The notes under the pieces were generated by a model. It was not told where the DNA came from. It ran no database searches and saw only the letters and a list, made by a program, of their open reading frames with translations. A program made the translations under genes and the position numbers. A stretch of DNA of 64,000 bases, from contig CAVOQE010000006.1 in assembly GCA_963698275.1 (NCBI GenBank), forward strand, positions 79,682-143,681, read 5' to 3'. This DNA comes from an uncultured Alphaproteobacteria bacterium. Its GTDB lineage: Bacteria > Pseudomonadota > Alphaproteobacteria > Rhizobiales > Aestuariivirgaceae. Of this stretch, positions 28,733 to 38,373 are shown in pieces (within the stretch, counting starts at the first letter, position 1; each line of letters begins with the position of its first letter).

Positions 28733-29659
28733 ATGCAACACCCATACCTGATTGCCATTGACTGGGGCACTTCCAGTTTTCGTCTGTGGGCGATATCGGG
28801 CGGCGGACAAGTCGTATCGCGAACACGCAACGACAACGGCATGTCGAAACTGAAGCCGGGTGACTATGCACACGTGCTTGCCGCCGCATTGACCGAACTC
28901 GGCCTTGCCCACACCCTGCCGACAATAATCTGCGGCATGGCAGGGTCCGCGCAAGGCTGGATGGAAGCCCCGTATGTCGACACGCCCACCAGTCTAGAAG
29001 GCATACCGTTACAGGCTGTTGTGGTACCCGGCACCGCAACAATGGTGCGCATTCTGCCGGGCCTTGCGCAGCGCAAAATGTCAGCACCTGATGTGATGCG
29101 GGGAGAAGAAACACTGCTGCTGGGCGCCGTTCTTGAAAGGGGTGTCTCCGGAACCATCTGTCTTCCCGGTACACATTCAAAGTGGGTGACAATCGATGAA
29201 GCAGAGGTTTGCGGGTTTTCAACATCGATGACCGGAGAGATTTTTTCGCTTCTGCAATCCCACTCCGTGCTGGCTCACTCCGTGCAACAGGCGGCAGGCG
29301 AAAACGATGACGATGAGGCCTTCCAGTCTGCAGTCAGGGAAGCGGTGAACTCGCCTGAAAAAATACTGCAGGCCTTGTTTTCAGTCCGCTCGGCATCCCT
29401 GCTTCAACAAACCGCAACAGCCCGGCCTATGCGCGCCCGGCTGTCAGGACTGTTGCTGGGCCTGGAAATCGCCGGCGTTCGAGACATTGCGCAAGAACAA
29501 GTGACGTTGATCTCAAGCGGCCAGTTGGCGCACAGCTACAGACACGCGCTTGAGTCAGTTGGCTTCCAGTGCAAACTGATTGATGCGGACGAAATGGTGC
29601 TGGCAGGACTTTGCCATGCCGCCGGCCAAATATGGCCGAACCTGAAAGCCGAAAGGTAG
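28733..29659 (+). CDS. dgoK: 2-dehydro-3-deoxygalactonokinase
   Basis: N-terminus LIAIDWGTSSFRLW and internal CLPGTHSKW are DgoK signatures. An aldolase gene follows. Confidence 0.8.
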   Translation: MQHPYLIAIDWGTSSFRLWAISGGGQVVSRTRNDNGMSKLKPGDYAHVLAAALTELGLAHTLPTIICGMAGSAQGWMEAPYVDTPTSLEGIPLQAVVVPGTATMVRILPGLAQRKMSAPDVMRGEETLLLGAVLERGVSGTICLPGTHSKWVTIDEAEVCGFSTSMTGEIFSLLQSHSVLAHSVQQAAGENDDDEAFQSAVREAVNSPEKILQALFSVRSASLLQQTATARPMRARLSGLLLGLEIAGVRDIAQEQVTLISSGQLAHSYRHALESVGFQCKLIDADEMVLAGLCHAAGQIWPNLKAER

Positions 29660-29667
29660 CCTTGCAC

Positions 29668-30312
29668 ATGACAGTTGAGAACAAGTGGCACGAACTGGAT
29701 CGCAAGCTGGTTGCAATTTTGCGGGGCATTGATCCCGGTGACGTATCCGAAGTCGTTACCCAGCTACTGGAGACCGGTTTCCGGGCAATCGAGATTCCAC
29801 TGAACTCTCCTGACCCGTTCCGCTCCATAGAGAGCGCAGTCAAGGCCGCCGAAAAACACTCCCCTCGTGCATGCCTGATCGGCGCCGGAACGGTTTTAAG
29901 CGTCGATGACGTCAAGGCTGTTAAGTCATCCGGCGGCAATCTGATTGTGTCACCAAACACAAATGAGGCCGTTATCGAAGCCACGATCGAAAACACCATG
30001 GTGAGCTTGCCCGGCGTGTTTACCGCGACAGAGGCCCACATGGCACTGGCAAAAGGTGCCTCCGGGCTGAAGTTTTTCCCGGCCTCTATCCTGGGGCCAA
30101 AGGGCATAGCGGCGATCAAGGTTATCCTGCCGGCAGACGCCGGGATATGCGCCGTCGGAGGCATCGAGCCGTCAGACTTTCCCGCCTATTTTGCATCGGG
30201 AGTGAACGGGTTTGGACTTGGGTCGTGCCTGTATGCGCCTGGTAAGCCGCTGGGTGACATTATCGAATGCGCGCGGTCAGCGATAACCGTTTACGACCGG
30301 CATTCACGCTGA
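29668..30312 (+). CDS. dgoA: 2-dehydro-3-deoxy-6-phosphogalactonate aldolase (KDPG/KHG aldolase family)
   Basis: Motifs VAILRGI, IEIPLNSP, GAGTVLS, LKFFPA and AVGGI. ATG 29668 chosen. Confidence 0.8.
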   Translation: MTVENKWHELDRKLVAILRGIDPGDVSEVVTQLLETGFRAIEIPLNSPDPFRSIESAVKAAEKHSPRACLIGAGTVLSVDDVKAVKSSGGNLIVSPNTNEAVIEATIENTMVSLPGVFTATEAHMALAKGASGLKFFPASILGPKGIAAIKVILPADAGICAVGGIEPSDFPAYFASGVNGFGLGSCLYAPGKPLGDIIECARSAITVYDRHSR

Positions 30313-30452
30313 TCAGTGCTTGGCCATTCACCATGCACCTGGCAGGCCTGTCAGGCGCGCCACATCCATATGGGAAACCGATGGAAGTGCGGCTTTGGCG
30401 TTCTCATCGGGTTGTCATGAGAAACACCGGACATGTCACAGTCGTTACAAGA

Positions 30453-31046
30453 CTAGAGGTCATATCCAAAACGCCTGAAGTCATTGGCATAAAATTTCCC
30501 GATAAGGTTTCGATCTGCCTTCGAAACGGTTTGCAAGGGTGCATCTGCCACCTTGCGGGCCTCAGGGGTTTCCGAGTAATCCGCTCCGGTCACTTCACTC
30601 AGGCGTTGGAACACTTTATCGAGACCATCCTCCAGCCTGAACACCTCGGTATTGAGGCACAAAAACTCCTCCTGCGCTCGAAAGTGATTGTCATCCAGAT
30701 AAGGCGAACTGCGTGCCTGAAAGAGTTTTTTGCGTAACCAAAGCCAGAACGGCATCTTGATGGACCGCTTTCTCTGATTCCAGTCGTATTCGCTGCGAAT
30801 CCTGTCAACCGGATGCCTGACAACCGTGAAGACATAAGCAAGTGCCTCCGGTTGAAAAAGCTCTCTCAACGGGCTGTTGTGCAGATGTTGCGGCGTGCAG
30901 TGATAACCCGGCCACGGCGAACTCGTGATCATGCCGACCTGATGATGAAGCTTCAATTCACTGGAGATCGTGCTGCCTCCCGTTTTGGGAATGTGAATGA
31001 ACAACACCTTGCCTTTGGGAGTATCAAATATCGGCATCAATTCCAT
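30453..31046 (-). CDS. Sulfotransferase (carbohydrate sulfotransferase family 2-like)
   Basis: 5'-PSB motif FIHIPKTGGSTI and 3'-PB-like VVRHPVDRIRSEY. Confidence 0.7.
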   Translation of the reverse strand: MELMPIFDTPKGKVLFIHIPKTGGSTISSELKLHHQVGMITSSPWPGYHCTPQHLHNSPLRELFQPEALAYVFTVVRHPVDRIRSEYDWNQRKRSIKMPFWLWLRKKLFQARSSPYLDDNHFRAQEEFLCLNTEVFRLEDGLDKVFQRLSEVTGADYSETPEARKVADAPLQTVSKADRNLIGKFYANDFRRFGYDL

Positions 31047-31099
31047 CGCAGCTCAATTGATCAACCATGCATCAGCCGTCAGACTCTGCAATCCAGATA

Positions 31100-31828
31100 T
31101 TAGTTTTGATTTCGCTTCAGGCGAAGGGTCAGCCGCTTGTCATGGGCAATAAAGGGCTCGCCGCCAAATGCCTTGATCTGCCACCAGTGAAAGTCATCAA
31201 TGACACGAAGGACATTCTTCTTGTCAAGCCTGAGCCTGGTTCTCCATTTCCGGAACAGTCCTTTCCATAAAATCCATTGGTCACGCGGTGGCTTGTCGGC
31301 CAGATAGGCCAGTTCCCCGAACGGCAATTCCATCCACTCATCCATGAACGCCTGTCCTTCATGCGAATTTCGGATCGCAAAAAAACCGGCATTGGGACAA
31401 ATCCAGGCGCGGCATTCCCAGATACCAAGCCAATTCAGCGGAATCAAAACTCCCGCCCGTACACTGGCGTCACTGGAAAAAACCGCATCGGTGCCGGTTT
31501 GATCATCAATGAATTCCTCAAGGCGCCTGGACCGATCACAAACCCAGGTGTCGGCATCGGCAACCACCATCCAGTCACATTCAGATTGCCGAAGGTGGCG
31601 TTTTGCGAGTTCAATTTTGGACCAGTTGATGTGCATGTCGGGCAACACCTGCTCATCATAGTGCGTCAATGAATAGCCGTGCTGCAAACAATAGGACTGC
31701 CAATTGGCGAGCGTCTCTTTTGCATAGTCATCTATATCTGCTGTCGCCATTATGACGACATCAATCTTGCTACACCTGTTTCCCGGAGCATCCGGACCGG
31801 GATGCTCCGCAAGATCAACTGAACCCAT
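31100..31828 (-). CDS. Putative glycosyltransferase (nucleotide-diphospho-sugar transferase fold, GT8/GT34-like)
   Basis: DXD-like WMVVADADTWV, NWSKIELAK and NAGFFAIRNS. The start is uncertain. Confidence 0.55.
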   Translation of the reverse strand: MGSVDLAEHPGPDAPGNRCSKIDVVIMATADIDDYAKETLANWQSYCLQHGYSLTHYDEQVLPDMHINWSKIELAKRHLRQSECDWMVVADADTWVCDRSRRLEEFIDDQTGTDAVFSSDASVRAGVLIPLNWLGIWECRAWICPNAGFFAIRNSHEGQAFMDEWMELPFGELAYLADKPPRDQWILWKGLFRKWRTRLRLDKKNVLRVIDDFHWWQIKAFGGEPFIAHDKRLTLRLKRNQN

Positions 31829-31940
31829 GCCGTCTCCTATGCGATCAGTAACAGTTGCAATCCGTGGATCTTTGGGTCAACCCTGTGGCGTACAGTTCGA
31901 TCATCTTTTCGCCGTCGCAACGCCTGACTTCCAAAGCCCC

Positions 31941-32996
31941 ATGACACAATCTACACCGGCACAGAAACAACGATTTTCGTCCAAGATCAACCCCTTAGCG
32001 CGTGTTGTTACCTGGACTGAATCTGTTATGCGTCGCAACGGTCGTTTCGCAAAACAACTCAGCCGTGCAAACGCCCAGCCAACCACAATTGGCAGCGGTG
32101 TTGCATGTGTCGGTGTCATGAAGAACGAACGCCCGCGGATCGAAGACTTCCTCAATCACTATAGAATGCTGGATGTGAGCGGATTTGTGCTGATTGACAA
32201 CGGGTCAACAGATGGCACTCTCGAATATGCCCTGGAACAACCTGACTGCACCGTTTTCAGCACCACCAACAGCTACTCGCAATCTGGCTTCGGCAGCCAG
32301 TGGATCAATGCAGCAATTGACATATGCGGTCTCAGAAACAGGTGGCTGGTTGTTGCCGACCTTGATGAGTTGCTGGTTTATGATCGTTGTGAAACACACA
32401 AACTGCCTGACCTTGCCGATTTGCTCAAAGAGGCAAATCTGGACGCCCTGCCCTGCCTGATGCTGGATATGTATGATGACGGAGACCCTGAACGGAGCAG
32501 ATATGTGCCCGGCAGCAGCATGATTGATGCATCACCGATGTTCGATGCCACCGGGTATCACCGCGAGCCGTCATTGCTCAAATCACTACTGCCAGCGACA
32601 GCCCTGGCAATTCGCGGCGGCCCGCGGGCACGCACCATGTTCAGTCCATCCGACGCAGGCAACATGCTGCCCTATCTGCACAAAGTCCCCTTCATGAAAT
32701 GGTCCCCGGGGGCAGGCATGAGAACGTCGCACGAAGTTGACCCGATCATCAGGAACTTTTCCCCCTTACGCGGCGCACTGCTGCACTTCAAGTTTCTCAA
32801 CAACGCCGCATTGACCAACAAGGACCGCCTGCGTGACCTGGATCACTGGAACAACAATCAACAACAGTCAAAGTACTTTGAGAATGCCGGCAAAACAGCA
32901 GGCACAACCTTCATGTATGAAGGTTCAGAACGATATCTATCCTCCCAGAGCCTGGTGCATCACGACCTGATTTCGAAACTGCAGTGGCCAGCCTGA
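31941..32996 (+). CDS. Glycosyltransferase family 2-like (Glyco_tranf_2_4 / GT92-like)
   Basis: Motifs VGVMKNERPRIEDFLNHYRMLDVSGFVLIDNGSTDGTLEY and VVADLDELL. ATG 31941 chosen because ORF start 31752 would overlap the divergent gene. Confidence 0.65.
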   Translation: MTQSTPAQKQRFSSKINPLARVVTWTESVMRRNGRFAKQLSRANAQPTTIGSGVACVGVMKNERPRIEDFLNHYRMLDVSGFVLIDNGSTDGTLEYALEQPDCTVFSTTNSYSQSGFGSQWINAAIDICGLRNRWLVVADLDELLVYDRCETHKLPDLADLLKEANLDALPCLMLDMYDDGDPERSRYVPGSSMIDASPMFDATGYHREPSLLKSLLPATALAIRGGPRARTMFSPSDAGNMLPYLHKVPFMKWSPGAGMRTSHEVDPIIRNFSPLRGALLHFKFLNNAALTNKDRLRDLDHWNNNQQQSKYFENAGKTAGTTFMYEGSERYLSSQSLVHHDLISKLQWPA

Positions 32997-33799
32997 TGCG
33001 CACGGTTGAAACACAGCTGAATACCTTGTGGATCGGGCCTGAACTTTCTTCCATTCATCTGGCGTGCCTGCTGTCAGCAGTCAGGGCAGGCCACAAGGTC
33101 AGGTTGTTCTGCTATTCACCGCCAAGAAACCTGCCCGCGGAAATCGAGATCGCCAATGCGGAAGACGTGTTGCCTGAGACCGGGATCATGCGACACCGCG
33201 ACAGCGGCAGCCCGTCCCTGTCCTCAAATCGTTTCCGGTATCTTCTGTTTGAGAAAGAGCTTGGTCCCTGGATAGATACAGATGTTTTTGTGCTCAAACC
33301 GCTGACGTCACGCGACGGGTACATGATGGCCTGGCAGGATGATGAACTGATCGGTTCAGCCGTGCTGCGATTACCCCCCGGCCAACTGACTGACTTCCTG
33401 TGCGACTTTACCTTGCAATCACACCCGATACCGTTCTGGTATCCGCCCCTGCACAGACGCTGGTTGCGGTTGCGAAGTGCGGCGGGTTTTCCCCTCGCTG
33501 CCGGTGATTACCGATGGGGCATATATGGCCCGCACCTGCTGACCAATTCTGTTCGCCGGCACAATCTCGAAGCCAGTGCGCAACCATCCAGCGTGTACTA
33601 CCCTGTCGGCTGGCGGGACGCAGCCAACCTTTATGCACCGCAGGGTTGTGATCTTGACACCCTGCCGGACACGACCGAAGCCGTCCACCTATGGCACCAC
33701 ATGGGACCAAACACAGCCGATTACACAAATCCCATTCAACCGGGCAGCTTCCTTGATCAGGCCTTCCGCATGGTCGACATGTCTGTTGAGGCGCAGTGA
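32996..33799 (+). CDS. Glycosyltransferase with DXD sugar-binding region (GT32 / Och1-like)
   Basis: Motifs LNTLWIG and SNRFRYLLFEKELGPWIDTDVFVLKPL. Its ATG overlaps the upstream stop (TGATG). Confidence 0.65.
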   Translation: MRTVETQLNTLWIGPELSSIHLACLLSAVRAGHKVRLFCYSPPRNLPAEIEIANAEDVLPETGIMRHRDSGSPSLSSNRFRYLLFEKELGPWIDTDVFVLKPLTSRDGYMMAWQDDELIGSAVLRLPPGQLTDFLCDFTLQSHPIPFWYPPLHRRWLRLRSAAGFPLAAGDYRWGIYGPHLLTNSVRRHNLEASAQPSSVYYPVGWRDAANLYAPQGCDLDTLPDTTEAVHLWHHMGPNTADYTNPIQPGSFLDQAFRMVDMSVEAQ

Positions 33800-33803
33800 C
33801 TAT

Positions 33804-34799
33804 TCAGTGATGGCTGGTAATTGACGCCAGCCGGTTTTGGGCCTCGGCAGCTTCGCGCTCCAGTTGTTTGACAATATCGGCAATAGGGGCAACAGCGTGA
33901 AGGAAGCCCAAAGCGTGACCGGCAGACAAAAGGCCTTTGGATGTGTCTCCTGTTTCATAGGCCTGGCGGCCGATCTTGCCGGACACATGCGGCAGCAGGT
34001 CTTCAATCCGGATGTCCGGATTTTCAGTTTCCAGGCGCGTAACCAGATCGGTTGTCTCATTGCGCAATGTTCGAATGGTATTGCGGACGCTTGCCATGGT
34101 CAGCGCGGTGTCGCGCTCGGATGCCTCGATCAGTGTCTGCTTGTAGTCGGCATGCGCCTTGATCTCTTCGGCCACCAGAAAGCGGGTTCCCATCACCACA
34201 CCATCGGCCCCCATCGCCAGGGCCGCAACCAGTTGCGAGCCGGTGCCGATACCGCCGCCAATCAGGTACGGAATGTCCAGGCGCTGCTGCGCCAACGCCG
34301 CGTTGACCATGGTGCCGATCATTTCCATGCCCGGGTGACCACCGCACTCAGCCCCGACAATGGACACCATATCGACGCCGACACTCTGGGCTTTCACCGC
34401 AAAGCGGACGCTCGGCACCTTGTGCAGTATGACGATACCTGCCTCCTTTAACATCGGCACATAGGCCTCGGGATTGCGGCCGGAGGTTTCAACAAAGCGA
34501 ACGCCTTCATCGACGATCAGTTGAAAAACCTCCTGCGTCTGTTCGCCCTGCACCAGCTTGGGCAACATCGAAACATTCACGCCGAACGGCCGTCCGTCAC
34601 ACAGATCACGGCACCGGCGTATCTGGGCGCGGAGTTCGTCAGGATCAGCAAAACTGGCGGCGGTGATAAAAGATATGATACCGGCATGAGCCGCGGCTGC
34701 GACGTAATCGGCATCTGCCAGCCACATCAATCCGCCTGCTACTATGGGTACCCGGATGCCGAACGTCCGGCATACCTGCGTGTCAAATCGCACCGGCAC
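33804..34799 (-). CDS. Nitronate monooxygenase / enoyl reductase family FMN protein
   Basis: Motifs PIVAGGLMW, GAECGGHPG and IGGGIGTGSQLVAALAMGADGVVMGTRF. GTG start overlaps the upstream stop by 1 nt. Confidence 0.8.
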   Translation of the reverse strand: MPVRFDTQVCRTFGIRVPIVAGGLMWLADADYVAAAAHAGIISFITAASFADPDELRAQIRRCRDLCDGRPFGVNVSMLPKLVQGEQTQEVFQLIVDEGVRFVETSGRNPEAYVPMLKEAGIVILHKVPSVRFAVKAQSVGVDMVSIVGAECGGHPGMEMIGTMVNAALAQQRLDIPYLIGGGIGTGSQLVAALAMGADGVVMGTRFLVAEEIKAHADYKQTLIEASERDTALTMASVRNTIRTLRNETTDLVTRLETENPDIRIEDLLPHVSGKIGRQAYETGDTSKGLLSAGHALGFLHAVAPIADIVKQLEREAAEAQNRLASITSHH

Positions 34800-35599
34800 T
34801 ACGTGTCGCCGAGCTTGGCGAAATCGGGTTTGCGCTTTTCAAAGAATGCGGTAATGCCTTCCACAGCAGGATCTTCTGTGACAGCGGCGGCCATGTGATC
34901 AAGCTCCAGATGCATTTGTTCCTCGAATGTGGAGTGCTCTGCTGCGTTCAACAATTCCTTGATGCGCGACAGTGCGCTGGTTGGAGATGCCGCCAGTCGA
35001 TCAGCAATTGCGGAGGCCTGTGACATGGCTTCGCCCGGCTCACTTACCTGGTTCAAGGCACCCAGTTGATACAGACGATCAGCAGCAATGGGATCAGCCA
35101 ACAGGCACAACTCATTGACCAGAGGCCGTGGCAGCATGTTCATCAGGCGATGGGTTATGCCACCGTCCGGGGTCAGGCCAACCCTGACATAGGAGACCGT
35201 GAACTTTGCCTCCCTGCTTGCCACAATAAAATCGCAGGCATAGGCCAGCGAGACACCGGCACCGGCTGCCCCGCCTTCAACTGCCGCGATCACCGGTTTT
35301 GGACAAGACCTGAACCTGCGAACAATGTCATGGAGGCTCTCGATATGAGCCTTGCGGTCCTCGAGCGGTTCAAAACGCCGGTTCCTGATCCGGTTGAGAT
35401 CACCGCCTGCACAGAAAAAAGATCCCGCGCCGGTGAATATCACCGATTTCACCCGGTCAGCTTCAGTGGCCAGGTCCAGCGCTTCGGAAATGACATCATA
35501 CAGCTCCAGGGTGATCGCGTTGCGGTTGGCGACATTGGCGTTGTAGATAACCAGACGGTCCCCAAGGTCTTCGAAATAGGCGGCTTTATCACTGGTCAT
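34799..35599 (-). CDS. Enoyl-CoA hydratase/isomerase family protein
   Basis: Crotonase oxyanion motif FTGAGSFFCAGGDL. ATG 35599 overlaps the upstream gene by 11 nt. Confidence 0.8.
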   Translation of the reverse strand: MTSDKAAYFEDLGDRLVIYNANVANRNAITLELYDVISEALDLATEADRVKSVIFTGAGSFFCAGGDLNRIRNRRFEPLEDRKAHIESLHDIVRRFRSCPKPVIAAVEGGAAGAGVSLAYACDFIVASREAKFTVSYVRVGLTPDGGITHRLMNMLPRPLVNELCLLADPIAADRLYQLGALNQVSEPGEAMSQASAIADRLAASPTSALSRIKELLNAAEHSTFEEQMHLELDHMAAAVTEDPAVEGITAFFEKRKPDFAKLGDT

Positions 35600-36761
35600 G
35601 GTCTGAACCCTGAGCTTGAGAAAGCGCAATAAAGCGCTCCAGATGATGGTCGGTGTCGCCAAATTCATGGTCCACCATGATCAGGCGCCGGGCATAATGG
35701 GCGAGTGCATATTCCTGCGTCATGCCGATGCCGCCATGCATCTGGATGCTTTCTTCCGCCACCAGCCGCGCGACGCGTCCGATCAGATTCTTGGTCGCGC
35801 TGGCATTGCGTTCACGCTCATCGCGGGGCTTGTCCAGAGCAGCAGCCAGGTTGAGCACCGCTGATCGTGCCTGCTCAATCTCAATCAGCATGTCCGCCAT
35901 GCGGTGCTGCAAGACCTGAAACTTTCCGATGGGACGGCCAAACTGGGTCCGCGTCTGCAGATAATCTATGGTGAGCTGCTTGGCAGTCTCCATCGCCCCC
36001 AGGGCTTCTGCTGAAACAGCAGCGATCGCCATGCAGGTTCGCGCCTCGATTGCCGGGAACGCGCCGCCGGGGCGCCCCAACAACGCGTCGCCCGGCAGCT
36101 TCACATCGTGCAATTCAATCTCGCCTGCATAACCGCCATCGATTTTCGGGTAACCACGTGTCGATATTCCCGGCGCATCAGCCGGCACCAGAAAAAGCGA
36201 AAGGCCGTCTTCTGCATCATCCGCACCGGCAGTCCGGGCACTTACAACAAGTGTCTGCGCACAGTCTGCGTTTGAGACCACGGATTTGCGCCCGTTCAGC
36301 TCAAATCCCTGTCCATCCGGTTTGGCGGTGGTTGTGACGCAGGCCATGTCATACCGGCTGCCCGGTTCGGCATGAGCAAAGGCAAGCTGATGGTCGCCTG
36401 ACATCACGGTTTCCAGAAGTGCGCGTTGATCGGCAGTTCCAAGATCGGCAATCAACCCGCCGGCCAGAATCGCGTTGTCAAGCAGCGGCTCGACCACGCC
36501 TGCACGCCCGATCTCCTCAAACACCGTAACAATGTCATACCCCTGCCCGCCCAGTCCGCCGACATTTTCGCCGAACAAGGCATGCAGCACACCCAGTTCA
36601 GCCAGTTGCGACCAGATTTCACGCGACACGCCATGTTCTGTGGCCAGCGATGTGTTGCGTTGTTCATCGGAATACACATCAGACAGAAACCGCCGCAGTG
36701 TGTCGCGCAACATGGTGCGCTCTTCGGTTTGCCCGAAGCTGGTTTGATCTTGTGTACTCAC
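35589..36761 (-). CDS. Acyl-CoA dehydrogenase family protein (390 aa)
   Basis: ACAD architecture (N-terminal helical, middle beta and C-terminal helical domains) with motifs QMHGGIGMTQEY and RRLIMVDHEFGDT. Confidence 0.8.
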   Translation of the reverse strand: MSTQDQTSFGQTEERTMLRDTLRRFLSDVYSDEQRNTSLATEHGVSREIWSQLAELGVLHALFGENVGGLGGQGYDIVTVFEEIGRAGVVEPLLDNAILAGGLIADLGTADQRALLETVMSGDHQLAFAHAEPGSRYDMACVTTTAKPDGQGFELNGRKSVVSNADCAQTLVVSARTAGADDAEDGLSLFLVPADAPGISTRGYPKIDGGYAGEIELHDVKLPGDALLGRPGGAFPAIEARTCMAIAAVSAEALGAMETAKQLTIDYLQTRTQFGRPIGKFQVLQHRMADMLIEIEQARSAVLNLAAALDKPRDERERNASATKNLIGRVARLVAEESIQMHGGIGMTQEYALAHYARRLIMVDHEFGDTDHHLERFIALSQAQGSDHDQ

Positions 36762-37948
36762 AGGTCCAGAACCTGCTTTGCAATGATGGTCCGCTGGACT
36801 TCATTGGACCCGCCATAAATCGTCAGCTTGCGGTTGTTGAAGTATTGCGCAGCAACAGGTGCTGCATATTCAGGCCCGATGGCTTGCGCATTGGACCCTT
36901 CGTCAAGCGCCTCGGATACAAACGGGATTGCATAAGGTCCTACAGCGCGTCTGGTCAGATCGTTGATCTGCTGACGCAACTCGGTTCCCTTGATTTTCAA
37001 CATGGAGCTTTCAACACCAGGGGCCTGCCCGGCGGCGACCTGCGCAATGACACGGAGGTTGGTGGTCTCCATGGCCATCAGGTCAATCTCCACCTGCGCG
37101 AGACGGGCTGCAAAATACGGATTTGCGGCAAGGGGCTTGCCACCGGCCATTTCCTGAGCGGCAATTCGTTTGACCGCATCAAGTCCGGCTTTCGCGAAAC
37201 CTGTACCTGCAATATTGGTGCGCTCATGGGTCAAAAGATATTTTGCGTACGTCCAGCCCTGATTTTCTTCTCCGACGAGATTTCCAACCGGTACACGCAC
37301 ATCGTCGAAGAATACTTCATTGACCTCCGCCTCACCGTCCAGAAGCCGGATCGGGCGTATCTGCACACCGGGACTGGCCATGTCGATCAGCAGGAACGAG
37401 ATACCGGCCTGTGGCTTGACCTCGGTATCGGTGCGCACCAGGCAAAAAATCCAGTTCGCGTGCTGGCCCAGCGTGGTCCAGGTTTTCTGGCCATTGACCA
37501 CATAGTGATCGCCATCTCGAACCGCGCGGGTCTTCAAGGATGCAAGGTCGGACCCGGCACCGGGTTCGGAATACCCCTGACACCACCAGTCATCGCCGTT
37601 CAGAATACGTGGCAGGAAACGGTCGCGCTGTGCCTGTGAACCGAATTTCTGCAACACCGGGCCCAGCATCATCAACCCAAACGGGACAATTCTGGGCGCG
37701 TGGGCAGCACACATCTCGTCTTCGAAAATGAAGCGCTGATGCGCCGTCCATCCGGTGCCGCCAAACTGCACCGGCCAGTTTACCGCAAGCCAGCCCTTTT
37801 GATTCAGAATCGCATGCCACTCTTCATGGTCGGCCTTGGTCATGCGCAGGCCGGAGTGCACCTTGTTGCTTATCCGGGCCGGTAGGTTGTCGTTCAGAAA
37901 CTGACGCACTTCTTTACGGAATTCATCCAGATCAACTTGTGCTGGCAT
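36758..37948 (-). CDS. Acyl-CoA dehydrogenase family protein (about 396 aa)
   Basis: Motifs WCQGYSEPGAGSDLASL and TIYGGSNEVQRTIIAK. ATG 37948 overlaps the zur stop by 1 nt. The alternative start 37987 would overlap zur by 40 nt. Confidence 0.8.
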   Translation of the reverse strand: MPAQVDLDEFRKEVRQFLNDNLPARISNKVHSGLRMTKADHEEWHAILNQKGWLAVNWPVQFGGTGWTAHQRFIFEDEMCAAHAPRIVPFGLMMLGPVLQKFGSQAQRDRFLPRILNGDDWWCQGYSEPGAGSDLASLKTRAVRDGDHYVVNGQKTWTTLGQHANWIFCLVRTDTEVKPQAGISFLLIDMASPGVQIRPIRLLDGEAEVNEVFFDDVRVPVGNLVGEENQGWTYAKYLLTHERTNIAGTGFAKAGLDAVKRIAAQEMAGGKPLAANPYFAARLAQVEIDLMAMETTNLRVIAQVAAGQAPGVESSMLKIKGTELRQQINDLTRRAVGPYAIPFVSEALDEGSNAQAIGPEYAAPVAAQYFNNRKLTIYGGSNEVQRTIIAKQVLDL

Positions 37949-38373
37949 TACATGACCTTTCGCGAGGCGTTCCGGCACGTCTGGCACACACCTCGCAGTT
38001 CGACTGCAGATTTCTTCAACGCAAACCCTGCTTCGGCGGCGAGTGACTGCAACCTGGCGGCAACAGTATCATCGCTGATTTCAGACACCTGACCACACTC
38101 GTCACAGATTGTGAATGCTATGGTTTCATGATCATCGCAACTGGGATGGCGGCAGGCAACAAATGCATTGAGACTTTCCAGCCTGTGGACCATCCCGAAC
38201 TCGACCAGCTTGTCCAGGGCGCGATAGACCTGCAGCGGCGCGCGAAATCCGTGCTCGCGCAACTGATCCAGAATTGTGTAGGCGCTCAACGGACCGCCGG
38301 ACTGCGACAGCGTATCGAGCACAAGTAACTGGTTACGGGTCAGGTCGGTTTCAGAATGGGCATGAACCGTCAT
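37948..38373 (-). CDS. zur: Zinc uptake regulator (Fur family)
   Basis: Fur-type winged helix (LSAYTILDQLREHGFRAPLQVYRALDKLVEFGMVHRLE), a CxxC...CxxC pair (CDEC, CQTC), and position next to znuCB. Confidence 0.85.
   Translation of the reverse strand: MTVHAHSETDLTRNQLLVLDTLSQSGGPLSAYTILDQLREHGFRAPLQVYRALDKLVEFGMVHRLESLNAFVACRHPSCDDHETIAFTICDECGQVSEISDDTVAARLQSLAAEAGFALKKSAVELRGVCQTCRNASRKVM

Noticed and set aside
36650-37639. 329-aa plus-strand ORF, plus 50073..51062 (329 aa) and 25664..26362 (232 aa)
   Set aside because: They are antisense to the ACAD, aguA/aguB and tdm genes respectively, and none has a recognisable motif.
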